From assembly GCA_013203115.1 (NCBI GenBank), contig JABMQW010000087.1, positions 1 through 49,847 of the forward strand: a stretch of 49,847 nt of DNA, given 5' to 3'. Within the stretch, counting starts at the first letter, position 1. The number at the start of each line of letters is the position of its first letter. Positions 1 through 9,142 of this stretch are shown here, in pieces. Both the position numbers and the translations under genes were made by a program. The stretch comes from Fidelibacterota bacterium. GTDB taxonomy: Bacteria > Fidelibacterota > Marinisomatia > Marinisomatales > TCS56. The notes under the pieces were generated by a model, which saw only the letters and a list, made by a program, of their open reading frames with translations, did not search any database and was not told the DNA's origin.

Positions 1-150
1 CCCCTGCTCTTTGACATATTTCTTGATTATTTTTTCATTGCCGAATAGACCCACGATATTTATGTAATAACCACTCGTCCATAATTTACCACCCCATAAC
101 TCCCGCTTTATCTCCGGATGTTCACGAAATATCATTCGGGATGTGCATTT
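1..150 (-). pseudogene. tnpA: IS200/IS605-family TnpA (Y1 HUH transposase), C-terminal fragment running off the window edge
   Basis: Not in the ORF track. Minus-strand translation 150->1 gives KCTSRMIFREHPEIKRELWGGKLWTSGYYINIVGLFGNEKIIKKYVKEQG, matching the TnpA pattern 'IF..hPel+..LWGG.lWs.gY...tVG...ne..I..Yi..Q' with the catalytic YxxxQ. An in-frame TAA lies at 153-151 and no HUH-containing N-terminal half is visible upstream. Confidence 0.8.
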
Positions 151-801
151 TTACAAGATCCCGATGCACCGAAAGATTTAACTGCTGTGTACAATGAAGC
201 TGGTGATTATGTTGAACTTCACTGGGATGAAGTTTCCGGGGCAAAAGATTACGAAATCTATCGGGGGGTGGATGAGAATTCCATAATTGAATACGGTGAT
301 AACGATGAAGCATGGTATGACGATTTCGATTATGACTATCTAGAACGCTATTATGCCGTAAAAGCCAAAAACAATGCTGGTACCAGTGAATTCAGCGAGG
401 TCGTCGAAGCCAATGTTCCTTTGCAAGATAAGTATGAACCGGATAACGATATTGCATCGGCTTCAACTATCGATCTTAGTGGCGATGCTCCCAGTCAAAA
501 GCATTCCATTCGTCCAGCAGGGGATGTCGATTATATTGCATTTTCCGCTGAACCTTGTCCCGCCGGAATTCCCTGCGGATATAATATAGGAATACCATCA
601 CAATCCTGTGAACCTGACTATATCAAACTGGAATTATTCGATTCCAGTGGTAATCTTTTAGAAAGCGACGATCAGGGAAGCGGTGATGATATTGCCAGGA
701 TCGGAGAGTGGGTACCAACTGTTGCTGGGAATTACTACATTAAGGTAAGCAGCACCGGTAGCGGATATTACCGGATTTTTATCATTAACTGGCAGGACTA
801 A
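118..801 (+). CDS. Fibronectin type III plus pre-peptidase C-terminal (PPC)-like domain protein, probably the 3' remnant of a larger secreted protein
   Basis: FN3 pattern (PDAPKDLTA...VELHWDEVSGAKDYEIYR...YYAVKAKNNAGTSEFSE) followed by a PPC-like 'DKYEPDNDIASA...DVDY...LELFDSSGNLL..DD...AGNYYIKVS'. There is no signal peptide, and the first ~13 codons are antisense to the tnpA remnant. Confidence 0.65.
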   Translation: MFTKYHSGCAFLQDPDAPKDLTAVYNEAGDYVELHWDEVSGAKDYEIYRGVDENSIIEYGDNDEAWYDDFDYDYLERYYAVKAKNNAGTSEFSEVVEANVPLQDKYEPDNDIASASTIDLSGDAPSQKHSIRPAGDVDYIAFSAEPCPAGIPCGYNIGIPSQSCEPDYIKLELFDSSGNLLESDDQGSGDDIARIGEWVPTVAGNYYIKVSSTGSGYYRIFIINWQD

Positions 802-836
802 ACCGTACAAACTGATTCATTAAATTGATAAAGATA

Positions 837-870
837 AGGGTGGTGTTATAGATGCACCACCCTATTTTCT
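837..870 (+). terminator. Probable intrinsic terminator
   Basis: AGGGTGGTG (837-845) pairs with CACCACCCT (855-863) and is followed by ATTTTCT, 36 nt after the stop at 801. Confidence 0.6.
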
Positions 871-971
871 TATATATCAATCAAAACGATAAATCCAATA
901 CATGTAGTAGTAATTATATCGTTGTCACTGAATACGTATTGCGTAATCTGTTTATCCGCCTAAGCAGAAAA

Positions 972-1130
972 CCATCCCTACCGGTCGGGATGGATGAATG
1001 CGTGAAGAATCGTCCAAAAATGAAGTATTGTTGCTACGGCGGTTGTCGCCTGTTGCAGATAACCCTCCGAAGCATTGGCGTAGGAGGGTATTTCATGGAG
1101 TGACCACGGTCTTTGCCCGTGGGGCTCATA
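972..1130. repeat. Cluster of three short REP-like palindromes
   Basis: CCATCCC-N8-GGGATGG (972-993), ACCCTCC-GAAGCATTGGCGTA-GGAGGGT (1062-1089) and CCACGG-N7-CCGTGG followed by GGCTCATA (1104-1130). CCCGTGGGGCTC recurs at 13894-13905. Confidence 0.5.
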
Positions 1131-1424
1131 TTAAAATCCATGCCTTTTTGATAATCCCTAACTCCTGAGTCCCAAAAACGTCTGATACATTTCAATTAGT
1201 AAAGGGGCGTGTCAAAAATGGTGGTTTATGGTACGCTCTCACAATTCATTAGTGGTATCAAAGCTCCAATGAATATGCAAGTTCCTCTCAAGAGAAATGT
1301 AAGTCTATTAAACTGCTGAATAAATTGGAAATGGCTGTTTGAATACCTTAAGTTTTCGCATCAAACCGGGTCCAAATAAACGGTGCGGGTCACGGCTACA
1401 TAATATCAATTGTGTTATAATTAA

Positions 1425-2669
1425 ATGAGCATCATGCATCAAAGAAAGAAAACGATATTTTTAAAGATGTCTTCGGCATTTATTCAGGCTATTTTAATCC
1501 AGATATTTGTCAATTTGTCTTTCACGGTAAGTGCTGCGGATGTAACAACCACGAAAGATACGGTGCGTATTGCACTATTTAACATTTGGGAGATGTCAAC
1601 AGAAAAACTAACAAACATTGATATGAACGGAATTGGTCAAGACGACCAGTTAAAAGCCGCCGCTGAAATCGTCCGGAGAATAAGTCCGGATGTTCTGGTA
1701 CTCAACGAGATTGACCATGATATCGATGCATTACAAGCAGGGCAAGACCTATCTCTGAACGCTCGTCGGTTCAACGACGCTTATCTGAACCAGGGGGATA
1801 AGCCGCTTACCTATCAATTCACCTATGCAGCACCGTGTAACACGGGTTTTCTTGCTGGAAAGGATTTCGATAATAATGGCAAGGTGGCGACTGTCAAAGA
1901 CCAGGGTTCACGCGAACATGGCGGAGATTGTTATGGATATGGCGTGTATCCAGGACAGTATTCGATGGCGATTCTGTCGCGTTTTCCGCTGGAGCACGAG
2001 CAGGCACGGACTTTTCAAAAGTATCTCTGGAAGGATCTTCCTGACAACCTGATACCACGCGAATGGTATTCTGACGATGAAATTGAAATTTTCCGCCTTT
2101 CCAGCAAATCCCATTGGGATGTTCCGGTACGAATTGGAAAGAAGTTGGTCCATTTACTGGTATCCCACCCGACGCCTCCTGTCTTCGATGGTCCGGAAGA
2201 CCGTAACGGTCGCAGGAATTATGATGAGCTAAAAATGTGGGTCCACTATATCAACAATGATACGGTTATGGTGGATGATTCCGGGGTCAGAGGAGGGCTT
2301 GCAGAAGATGAAAGTTTTATCATCATTGGCGATCTAAATGCAGCACCTCAGGGGGACACGCTGGAGACTGGTCAGCGGTCGATTGACCAGTTGCTGAAGC
2401 ACCCACGGATTAACGATTGCGGAGATTTGTTGGTCAGTGAGGGAGCGCTTGATGGCCGGAAACCAGGGCCACCGGATTACATTGAACGTCGTACATCGGG
2501 TTGGGATGGCCGTGGCCTGCGCATCGATCACCTGCTTCCCAGTATAGACCTGGAACCAGTGAGTGGTGGAGTATATTGGCCTGACGTGAAGATTGATCCG
2601 GACGGAGCAGCTTTGGCTAAGAAAGCCTCCGACCACCGCTTGATCTGGCTCGATATCAAAGTGAAGTGA
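1425..2669 (+). CDS. Secreted endonuclease/exonuclease/phosphatase (EEP) family protein
   Basis: Motifs ALFNI, PDVLVLNEID, RLSSKSHWDVPV, SHPTPPVFDGPEDRNGRRN, GDLNA, LRIDHLLPS and ASDHRLIW. Signal-like N-terminus ending VSA-A; the true start may be a downstream ATG. Confidence 0.9.
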   Translation: MSIMHQRKKTIFLKMSSAFIQAILIQIFVNLSFTVSAADVTTTKDTVRIALFNIWEMSTEKLTNIDMNGIGQDDQLKAAAEIVRRISPDVLVLNEIDHDIDALQAGQDLSLNARRFNDAYLNQGDKPLTYQFTYAAPCNTGFLAGKDFDNNGKVATVKDQGSREHGGDCYGYGVYPGQYSMAILSRFPLEHEQARTFQKYLWKDLPDNLIPREWYSDDEIEIFRLSSKSHWDVPVRIGKKLVHLLVSHPTPPVFDGPEDRNGRRNYDELKMWVHYINNDTVMVDDSGVRGGLAEDESFIIIGDLNAAPQGDTLETGQRSIDQLLKHPRINDCGDLLVSEGALDGRKPGPPDYIERRTSGWDGRGLRIDHLLPSIDLEPVSGGVYWPDVKIDPDGAALAKKASDHRLIWLDIKVK

Positions 2670-2728
2670 TTTAGCAGTCAGATTATCTTCAATATCATAT
2701 GAAGATCAGAGAAGGGTTGACCACCGCA

Positions 2729-4255
2729 CTAGTATTTTGTAACTACAGGTTTACCTCCATAAACCAGAATTTCACCGAGATAGATATCTGCCATGTCAGT
2801 TGGATTAAGCACTTTAAGTTCTATTTCGTGTTCGGTGTCGGTGAGGTTGTATCGCCAGAACAGGTAAAACCTACGCTGAACAAAATTCGTAGGCAGTTTA
2901 ACCGTTTCGACTAGCTTTCCATCAATAGTCAACTGTACTTCAAACACGTAGTCGGTAGCGCCGGTTTTGCGAGCCTTGCCCCTGATTACAAAGCCTTTCC
3001 CGTCAATTTTATAGGTGAAACTCTCTCCTAAAACACTGTCGATCCTTGGCTTGCTAACCGGAAAATGACCTTCAAAGGCTACTTCCAAGGGTACAGTTTC
3101 AGGCTGTTGCAGTTGAATAGTCACAGAATCTCCAGCCACCCTGCCACCATTTTTTTCAATTACTTGCAGAGCATGTTTAAAAGATAAGTCGTAGGCGTCT
3201 TCCAGTGAAATTGTTGTATATTTGAAGTCAATTGGCTCCACGTCGCTTAAGCCCTGTTTCCAAAAGGCGGGAATAGCTTCGTAACCCATAATAGCCCCCA
3301 GAATACCACCAGCGCTAGCAGGATTGCAGTCCGCATCATCGCCACAACGGGTAGCTATTTCGTAGGTCCTGGTAAAATCACCATTGCCGTAGAGTAAACC
3401 CATGAGGACCCAGGCAGCATTGATTTTTGCGTCAATGTTGAAAGGATCGAAGACCCCAACGGCCGAACCAATCTCACTTGACCATTTTCTGTGTACCTTA
3501 AACCAGGTGTCCTTCCAGTCGCGGGGGTTTTGTTTATGCCACTTGATGACATCCTGCATGGTCTTGGCAAAATTGCTTTCTGGAGGAATGACCTTCAGTG
3601 CTTCTTCAACAATATAACCGATATCATCGGAAACGAATGCCAGGGAATACATGGCTGCTACATAGACCCCACCATACCAGCCGTCGCCATAGTTCATTAT
3701 GTGTCCGATTTTATCACATATTTGGGTGGCACTATTTAACATCCCGGGAGCCATGATACCTGCAAAATCAGCCTCAATCTGAAAATCGATATCATCAGCG
3801 CAGGGGTTATTCAGCCAGTGACCGGATTCCGGTGGCTTGAGACCGTTCAGGATATTGTTTCTCGCTGTTTGATTGGCAAACCACAGGGGAAATTCAGCGT
3901 TGGCAAAAGCCTCTGCGAATGATTCCGCCGGAGCATTAAGCCCTTCATCCTCAAACACCTGTACGAAAGTCAAGTCCATATAGATATCATCATATGTTCC
4001 TGGTTCATTTTCATAGGTATCTTTCAAGATGCCATCATACCAGGCAAGTTTATGATAATCCGGGATTATGGTGCTTTTATATTTAAACTCTACCGGACGC
4101 CCAAAGGTCACTCCGATGGTCTGTGCTGCCCAGGCACCTTTGATTTTATCTTTAAGGCGGTCTTTGGATAAAGTGTAAGTATTCCTGTCGGAAGGCTGGC
4201 AAGCAAAAACCATCAAAGCCAACAATCCCAAACCACCGATATTACATCTATTCAT
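2729..4255 (-). CDS. ADP-ribosylglycohydrolase-family lipoprotein
   Basis: Lipobox LMVFAC; DKIKGAWAAQTIGVTFG.PVEF, YDDIYMD, DDIDFQIEAD and CGDDADCNPASAGGILG are typical of this family; C-terminal beta-sandwich extension. Confidence 0.85.
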   Translation of the reverse strand: MNRCNIGGLGLLALMVFACQPSDRNTYTLSKDRLKDKIKGAWAAQTIGVTFGRPVEFKYKSTIIPDYHKLAWYDGILKDTYENEPGTYDDIYMDLTFVQVFEDEGLNAPAESFAEAFANAEFPLWFANQTARNNILNGLKPPESGHWLNNPCADDIDFQIEADFAGIMAPGMLNSATQICDKIGHIMNYGDGWYGGVYVAAMYSLAFVSDDIGYIVEEALKVIPPESNFAKTMQDVIKWHKQNPRDWKDTWFKVHRKWSSEIGSAVGVFDPFNIDAKINAAWVLMGLLYGNGDFTRTYEIATRCGDDADCNPASAGGILGAIMGYEAIPAFWKQGLSDVEPIDFKYTTISLEDAYDLSFKHALQVIEKNGGRVAGDSVTIQLQQPETVPLEVAFEGHFPVSKPRIDSVLGESFTYKIDGKGFVIRGKARKTGATDYVFEVQLTIDGKLVETVKLPTNFVQRRFYLFWRYNLTDTEHEIELKVLNPTDMADIYLGEILVYGGKPVVTKY

Positions 4256-4312
4256 ACCTCACTCCTTCCGGGTGCGCTGTCGCTGAAGCGTGGAGTTCCA
4301 CACACTCATCCA

Positions 4313-5149
4313 CTACTTATTTGGTCGCGGATTCATTTCAATGTACTGAGTACGATAGCCCAGTTTTCCGTTTTTGTATTCAAAAATCCTGAAGCTGGCC
4401 TGTCGTCCCCACCAACCACCAACCGGCGCGCTTACATACAGGGGGACATCTCCTAACCAATGATGCTCATCTCGGTGAAAATGTCCTGCCATCACAGCTT
4501 TTATATTATATGAGTTGAGGAGCTTTTCCCATTTCTCCCGCGAGTCCTGCTTCCAACTGTCGTGCATCTCATTCCGATAAAAATCATCGGGTGAAGGGGT
4601 ATGGTGAAATATAATTGCCGGCTTTCCAGCGGCATCTTTAAGAATAGCTTCAAGTTCCAGAAGAGGATCGTATCCATCAATCTCAAATGAGTGGGCAAGT
4701 GTTTCGGTATAGACAAAAATGAATAAAATTCCTTCATATTCTTTTACATCTATCAAGTTACCAAAATGTGTTAGATAACGTTGTTTCGTGATATCCAGTT
4801 CCCACTCTAAAATATCATGATTTCCGGGGACAAAATGGATTGGAACCTGCAGTTTATCCATAATCGATATACCACGGACTACGACCGAATCTTGCTCGAT
4901 ATTATTAGAAGTGATATCACCAGTATGTACCACACATTTTATTTCCATGGGCAGGTTGTTGATCGTTTCAACTATTTTTTCAACCCGTTCATAATTATCC
5001 CCATCACCAAAATGTGTATCTGTGACCTGCACAAAATAGAAATGGGGTCCTGAATCTTCATTCACTGCTTGCGCGGGTTGACAGCCCACAGATATAGTAA
5101 ATAGAATTACAATCAGGGTGAGTGTTAATAAATGGTTGTGTTTTTTCAT
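4313..5149 (-). CDS. Calcineurin-like metallophosphoesterase lipoprotein
   Basis: All five metal-binding motifs present: DTH, GD, GNHD, HH and GHFH. Lipobox ISVGC. Confidence 0.9.
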   Translation of the reverse strand: MKKHNHLLTLTLIVILFTISVGCQPAQAVNEDSGPHFYFVQVTDTHFGDGDNYERVEKIVETINNLPMEIKCVVHTGDITSNNIEQDSVVVRGISIMDKLQVPIHFVPGNHDILEWELDITKQRYLTHFGNLIDVKEYEGILFIFVYTETLAHSFEIDGYDPLLELEAILKDAAGKPAIIFHHTPSPDDFYRNEMHDSWKQDSREKWEKLLNSYNIKAVMAGHFHRDEHHWLGDVPLYVSAPVGGWWGRQASFRIFEYKNGKLGYRTQYIEMNPRPNK

Positions 5150-5343
5150 AATTACCTCTCTGGCACAAGAATTACTCCAATAATAAAGAAGGAGTAAATT
5201 TGGTTGTGATACAAATTAGCTAAGACACTAAATGTATTTCAATGTTTAGTCTTGCACTCAATTCTGAACTCTGATCATCTATTAGAGGTTAGGAGAGGGG
5301 AAACGGTATAAAATTGGTGCAAGATGATTTGGTATAATTCCCT

Positions 5344-5352
5344 ATACAAAAT
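5344..5352. repeat. Left target-site duplication ATACAAAAT
   Basis: Identical to 6677-6685 and directly adjacent to the left IR. Confidence 0.9.
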
Positions 5353-6676
5353 CACTAGTGTCGCGTTAAAGTAGTGCGACAAACGTGTAAGTTCCTTTAT
5401 TTATGATTTTAAGTACCATTGAGATATTTTTCGATTTGAACTCGAACTATTTCAATGCCTCAATGTGTTATTCTAAAAGTAAGGCGAGGATAACACATGA
5501 GCAAAACAGTTTTTTCACAGATTATGGAGTACATTCCGAAGTATGAGTTTGATAAATGCGTTAAAAGATATCGTGGTAATTATCGTACGCGTCATTTCAG
5601 ATGCTGGGACCAGTTTCTTTGTATGAGTTTTGCTCAGTTAAGTTATCGTGAGAGTTTGCGGGACATTGAAGCCTGTTTAAATGCTCAACCAAATAAGCAG
5701 TATCATATGGGAATAAAAGGGAATGTGTCCATTTCCAATTTGTCCCGCGCCAATGAAAACAGAGATTGGCGTATCTATGCAGACTTTGCTCAGGTATTGA
5801 TTTCGAAAGCCCGGATGCTTTACCACGATGATTCTGATTTCTTGCTTGATCTTAACAATACCATCTACGCTCTGGATTCTACAACTATTGATTTGTGTCT
5901 ATCATTGTTTCCATGGGCAAAATTCCGAAAACATAAAGCTGCTATTAAACTACATACACTGTTGGATTTACGAGGATCAATACCGTCCTTCATCGAGATT
6001 ACAGCAGGTTTGATTCATGATGTAAACATCCTTGATGTTCTGATTCCAGAGCCCGGTTCGTACTACATAATGGATAGAGGTTATCTTGATTTTGAAAGGC
6101 TGTATCACTTGAACCAGGATAAGGCATTTTTCATTATTCGTGCCAAAAAGAACATTAAATTCAGACGCCTGTATTCCAGTAAGGTAGATAAAACAACCGG
6201 ATTACGTTGCGATCAAATTGTGAAATTGACCGGATACAAATCAAGTCGGTTATACCCTGATAAATTGCGAAGGGTCAAATACTATGATACGGAAAATGAT
6301 AGATATTTGGTGTTCCTCAGCAATAATTTCGATGTAATAGCATTGACGGTTGCAGACTTGTATCGGAACCGTTGGAAGATAGAATTATTCTTCAAGTGGA
6401 TAAAACAACACCTCAAGATAAAATCGTTTTTTGGTACGTCACCCAATGCTGTAAAAACTCAAGTTTGGATAGCAATCAGTATATATGTGTTGGTGGCTAT
6501 TATTAGGAAAACCCTGAAAATTGAGGCGAGCCTCTACATAATTCTACAGATTTTCAGTGTCTCACTTTTTGAAAAAGCAGCTATTTATCAACTGCTTACA
6601 GAAACAAAATCCCCAAACTCAGATGGAGGTCCTTCTAATCAACTGAAATTATGGAGGTTATAACGCGACACTAGTG
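5353..6676 (+). mobile_element. Complete IS4-family insertion sequence (1324 bp)
   Basis: Perfect 16-bp terminal inverted repeats CACTAGTGTCGCGTTA (5353-5368) and TAACGCGACACTAGTG (6661-6676), a 9-bp direct repeat ATACAAAAT on both sides, and one uninterrupted transposase. Confidence 0.95.
5497..6663 (+). CDS. IS4-family DDE transposase (DUF4372-type N-terminus)
   Basis: DDE motifs ALDSTTI and IMDRGY, plus the IS4 YREK signature YRNRWKIELFFK. GAGG RBS upstream; the stop codon lies inside the right IR. Confidence 0.95.
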   Translation: MSKTVFSQIMEYIPKYEFDKCVKRYRGNYRTRHFRCWDQFLCMSFAQLSYRESLRDIEACLNAQPNKQYHMGIKGNVSISNLSRANENRDWRIYADFAQVLISKARMLYHDDSDFLLDLNNTIYALDSTTIDLCLSLFPWAKFRKHKAAIKLHTLLDLRGSIPSFIEITAGLIHDVNILDVLIPEPGSYYIMDRGYLDFERLYHLNQDKAFFIIRAKKNIKFRRLYSSKVDKTTGLRCDQIVKLTGYKSSRLYPDKLRRVKYYDTENDRYLVFLSNNFDVIALTVADLYRNRWKIELFFKWIKQHLKIKSFFGTSPNAVKTQVWIAISIYVLVAIIRKTLKIEASLYIILQIFSVSLFEKAAIYQLLTETKSPNSDGGPSNQLKLWRL

Positions 6677-6685
6677 ATACAAAAT
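6677..6685. repeat. Right target-site duplication ATACAAAAT
   Basis: Identical to 5344-5352. Confidence 0.9.
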
Positions 6686-6989
6686 ATATAAATGTATGAC
6701 GGTTGCAAAAAATATGAACAATAGGTTACATTCCAAGTGCTATTTTTACAACCGACTAAGGTAAGTATTCAATGTGCAGTCATTCCTTGCTTAATAATAA
6801 AAAAATAATTTTCCACGTTTAAATTGGAATGGAATTCACTGCAATCAAGCTACTAAATTTTATTTTATTACCAGCAAATTCTCAAATTAAACATACTTTA
6901 GGAAATCCTGTTTTAAACTTACCAGATTACATCAAAGAATATGGCCAGTAAAAGACAATAAGACGAACCAGTAATTAGGGGAATATCCA

Positions 6990-9059
6990 ATGCACAAGAA
7001 TCTATTCATAATCACACTTATTGTATCCCTGTTACTGATCACGAACTGTACTTCCCTGAAACCAAAAAACAGCAGTGTTGTTTCTTCACCGGATGGTAAA
7101 GTAGTAGTTGAGTTTATTATCCAGGATGGAAAAGCATATTATAAAGTTTTATATGAACAGGATATTATAATCAATTATTCAAAACTGGGCTTTGAATTCA
7201 AAAACGCTGAACCATTGGACAACAGCTTTGTGATTAAAAAGACATCCGTCACTCATTTTGATGAAGTCTGGGAACCAGTTTGCGGATCGGATAGCCTGGT
7301 AAAAAATACCTTTAATGAATTGATTGTAATGCTTGAGCAGAACACACATCCGAAACGCAAACTGAATATCATTTTCAGAGCTTATGATGATGGAATTGGT
7401 TTCCGATATATTTTACCTGATCAGCCTGACCTCCGGGATTTCGAGATAATCAATGAGGAAACTCAATTCAACTTTATGACAAATTCGACAGCTTGGTGGA
7501 TCCCGGCGGATTTTGACAGTTACGAACATTTATACAATCAAACTCTATTAAGTGAAATAGCAGCGGTCAATACACCGATTACAATGAAAACAGATAAAGG
7601 GCTTTATTTGAGTGTGCATGAAGCAGATTTGACTGATTATCCTGGAATGACCTTGAAAGCGGTTGATAATGAACCCTTTAGTTTCGAATGCGATCTGGTT
7701 CCCTGGCCTGATAGTGTGAAAGTAAAAGCATCCACGCCACACCGTTCACCCTGGAGAACAATTCAGATAGCCACCAGACCGGGGCAATTAATTGAATCGC
7801 ATTTGATTGAAAATTTGAATGACCCTTGCCAGTGGGAGGATGTTTCCTGGATTAAACCTATGAAGTATATGGGAATCTGGTGGGGAATGCATATTGGTAC
7901 AGAAACCTGGGGACAGGGTCCCTATCATGGTGCAACTACAGAGAATGCCAGACGTTATATTGATTTTGCGGCTGAACATGGTATCTCCGGACTGCTGATC
8001 GAAGGCTGGAATACCGGCTGGGAAAGCTGGGGACAGGAAGATGCTTTTAATTTCAAAACAGCTTACGATGATTTTGATTTGCCTAAGGTTGCCCGATATG
8101 CGAAAGAAAAGGGGATCGAATTAATCGGACATCACGAGACCGGCGGGCAGGTGGGTAATTACGAAAAGAATTTGACGGCTGCATTTGAACTATACCAGCA
8201 ATTAGGTATTAACGCTGTGAAAACCGGGTATGCGGGCACTATTCGACCGGAAGGGCAGCATCATCATGGACAATGGATGGTGAATCATTATCGCAATGTT
8301 GTCAAGAAGGCCGCAGAATATAAGATCATGGTCGATGTTCATGAACCAATCAAACCCACCGGAATACGTCGTACGTATCCTAACATGGTTACCCGTGAAG
8401 GTGTCCAGGGTATGGAATTCAATGCCTGGAGTAAAGGAAATCCACCGGAGCACACTACCATTATTCCGTTTACCAGGATGTTAGCAGGACCGATTGATTA
8501 TACACCGGGCATTTTTGATGTTGAATGCAAGCGCCATTTAGAAATGAGGAAGAATGCCAAGTTACGTAACAATTTTAACCGCCGTGTTCATACCACATTG
8601 GCGAAACAACTGGCACTGTATGTTATAATCTATAGTCCTATGCAAATGGCGGCGGATTTTCCCGAAAACTACGCTGGTCAGCCAGCCTTCAAATTTATTC
8701 AAGATGTTCCGGTTAATTGGGATGAATCCAAGGTGCTTGATGCTGAGATAGGCGATTTTGTAATAATTGCCCGTCGTAATAATGAAGATTGGTTTGTCGG
8801 TGCAATTACAGATGAAAAACAGCGTGCCCTTGAAATTCCCCTATCATTCTTAAAGTCGGATAAGAAGTATAAAGTAACTCTCTATTCCGATGGCCCAAAT
8901 ACAGATTGGGAGACAAATCCAACTGACGTAAATATTGCCTCATATCTGGTAGATAATCAGGACATTTTACCGGCTAATCTTCCCAAGGGAGGCGGATTGG
9001 CATTACAGATTACACCGGCAAATGCGGATGAACTGGAGAAGTTGAAAGCATTTGAGTAA
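6990..9059 (+). CDS. Glycoside hydrolase family 97 (SusB-like alpha-glucosidase)
   Basis: SSPDG start, FRAYDDGIGFRY, SWIKPMKYMGIWWGMH, LIEGWNTGWE, HHETGG, VHEPIKPTG.RRTYPN, REGVQGMEFNAW and GPIDYTPGIF match inverting SusB-type GH97. Export signal with possible lipobox LITNC. Confidence 0.95.
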   Translation: MHKNLFIITLIVSLLLITNCTSLKPKNSSVVSSPDGKVVVEFIIQDGKAYYKVLYEQDIIINYSKLGFEFKNAEPLDNSFVIKKTSVTHFDEVWEPVCGSDSLVKNTFNELIVMLEQNTHPKRKLNIIFRAYDDGIGFRYILPDQPDLRDFEIINEETQFNFMTNSTAWWIPADFDSYEHLYNQTLLSEIAAVNTPITMKTDKGLYLSVHEADLTDYPGMTLKAVDNEPFSFECDLVPWPDSVKVKASTPHRSPWRTIQIATRPGQLIESHLIENLNDPCQWEDVSWIKPMKYMGIWWGMHIGTETWGQGPYHGATTENARRYIDFAAEHGISGLLIEGWNTGWESWGQEDAFNFKTAYDDFDLPKVARYAKEKGIELIGHHETGGQVGNYEKNLTAAFELYQQLGINAVKTGYAGTIRPEGQHHHGQWMVNHYRNVVKKAAEYKIMVDVHEPIKPTGIRRTYPNMVTREGVQGMEFNAWSKGNPPEHTTIIPFTRMLAGPIDYTPGIFDVECKRHLEMRKNAKLRNNFNRRVHTTLAKQLALYVIIYSPMQMAADFPENYAGQPAFKFIQDVPVNWDESKVLDAEIGDFVIIARRNNEDWFVGAITDEKQRALEIPLSFLKSDKKYKVTLYSDGPNTDWETNPTDVNIASYLVDNQDILPANLPKGGGLALQITPANADELEKLKAFE

Positions 9060-9142
9060 CTCATAACACATAATGCCAGATAAAAAGTATATTGCCTACA
9101 GCAGTATGATATTGACAATTAGAATAATTTAGGAGTATTCCA

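Noticed and set aside
852-1103. 83-aa ORF
   Set aside because: It runs through a terminator and REP-like palindromes, with no RBS or recognisable motif.
1203-1240. Imperfect palindrome GGGGCGTGTCAAAA...TATGGTACGCTCTC
   Set aside because: Several mismatches; cannot distinguish a decayed terminator or IS end from chance.
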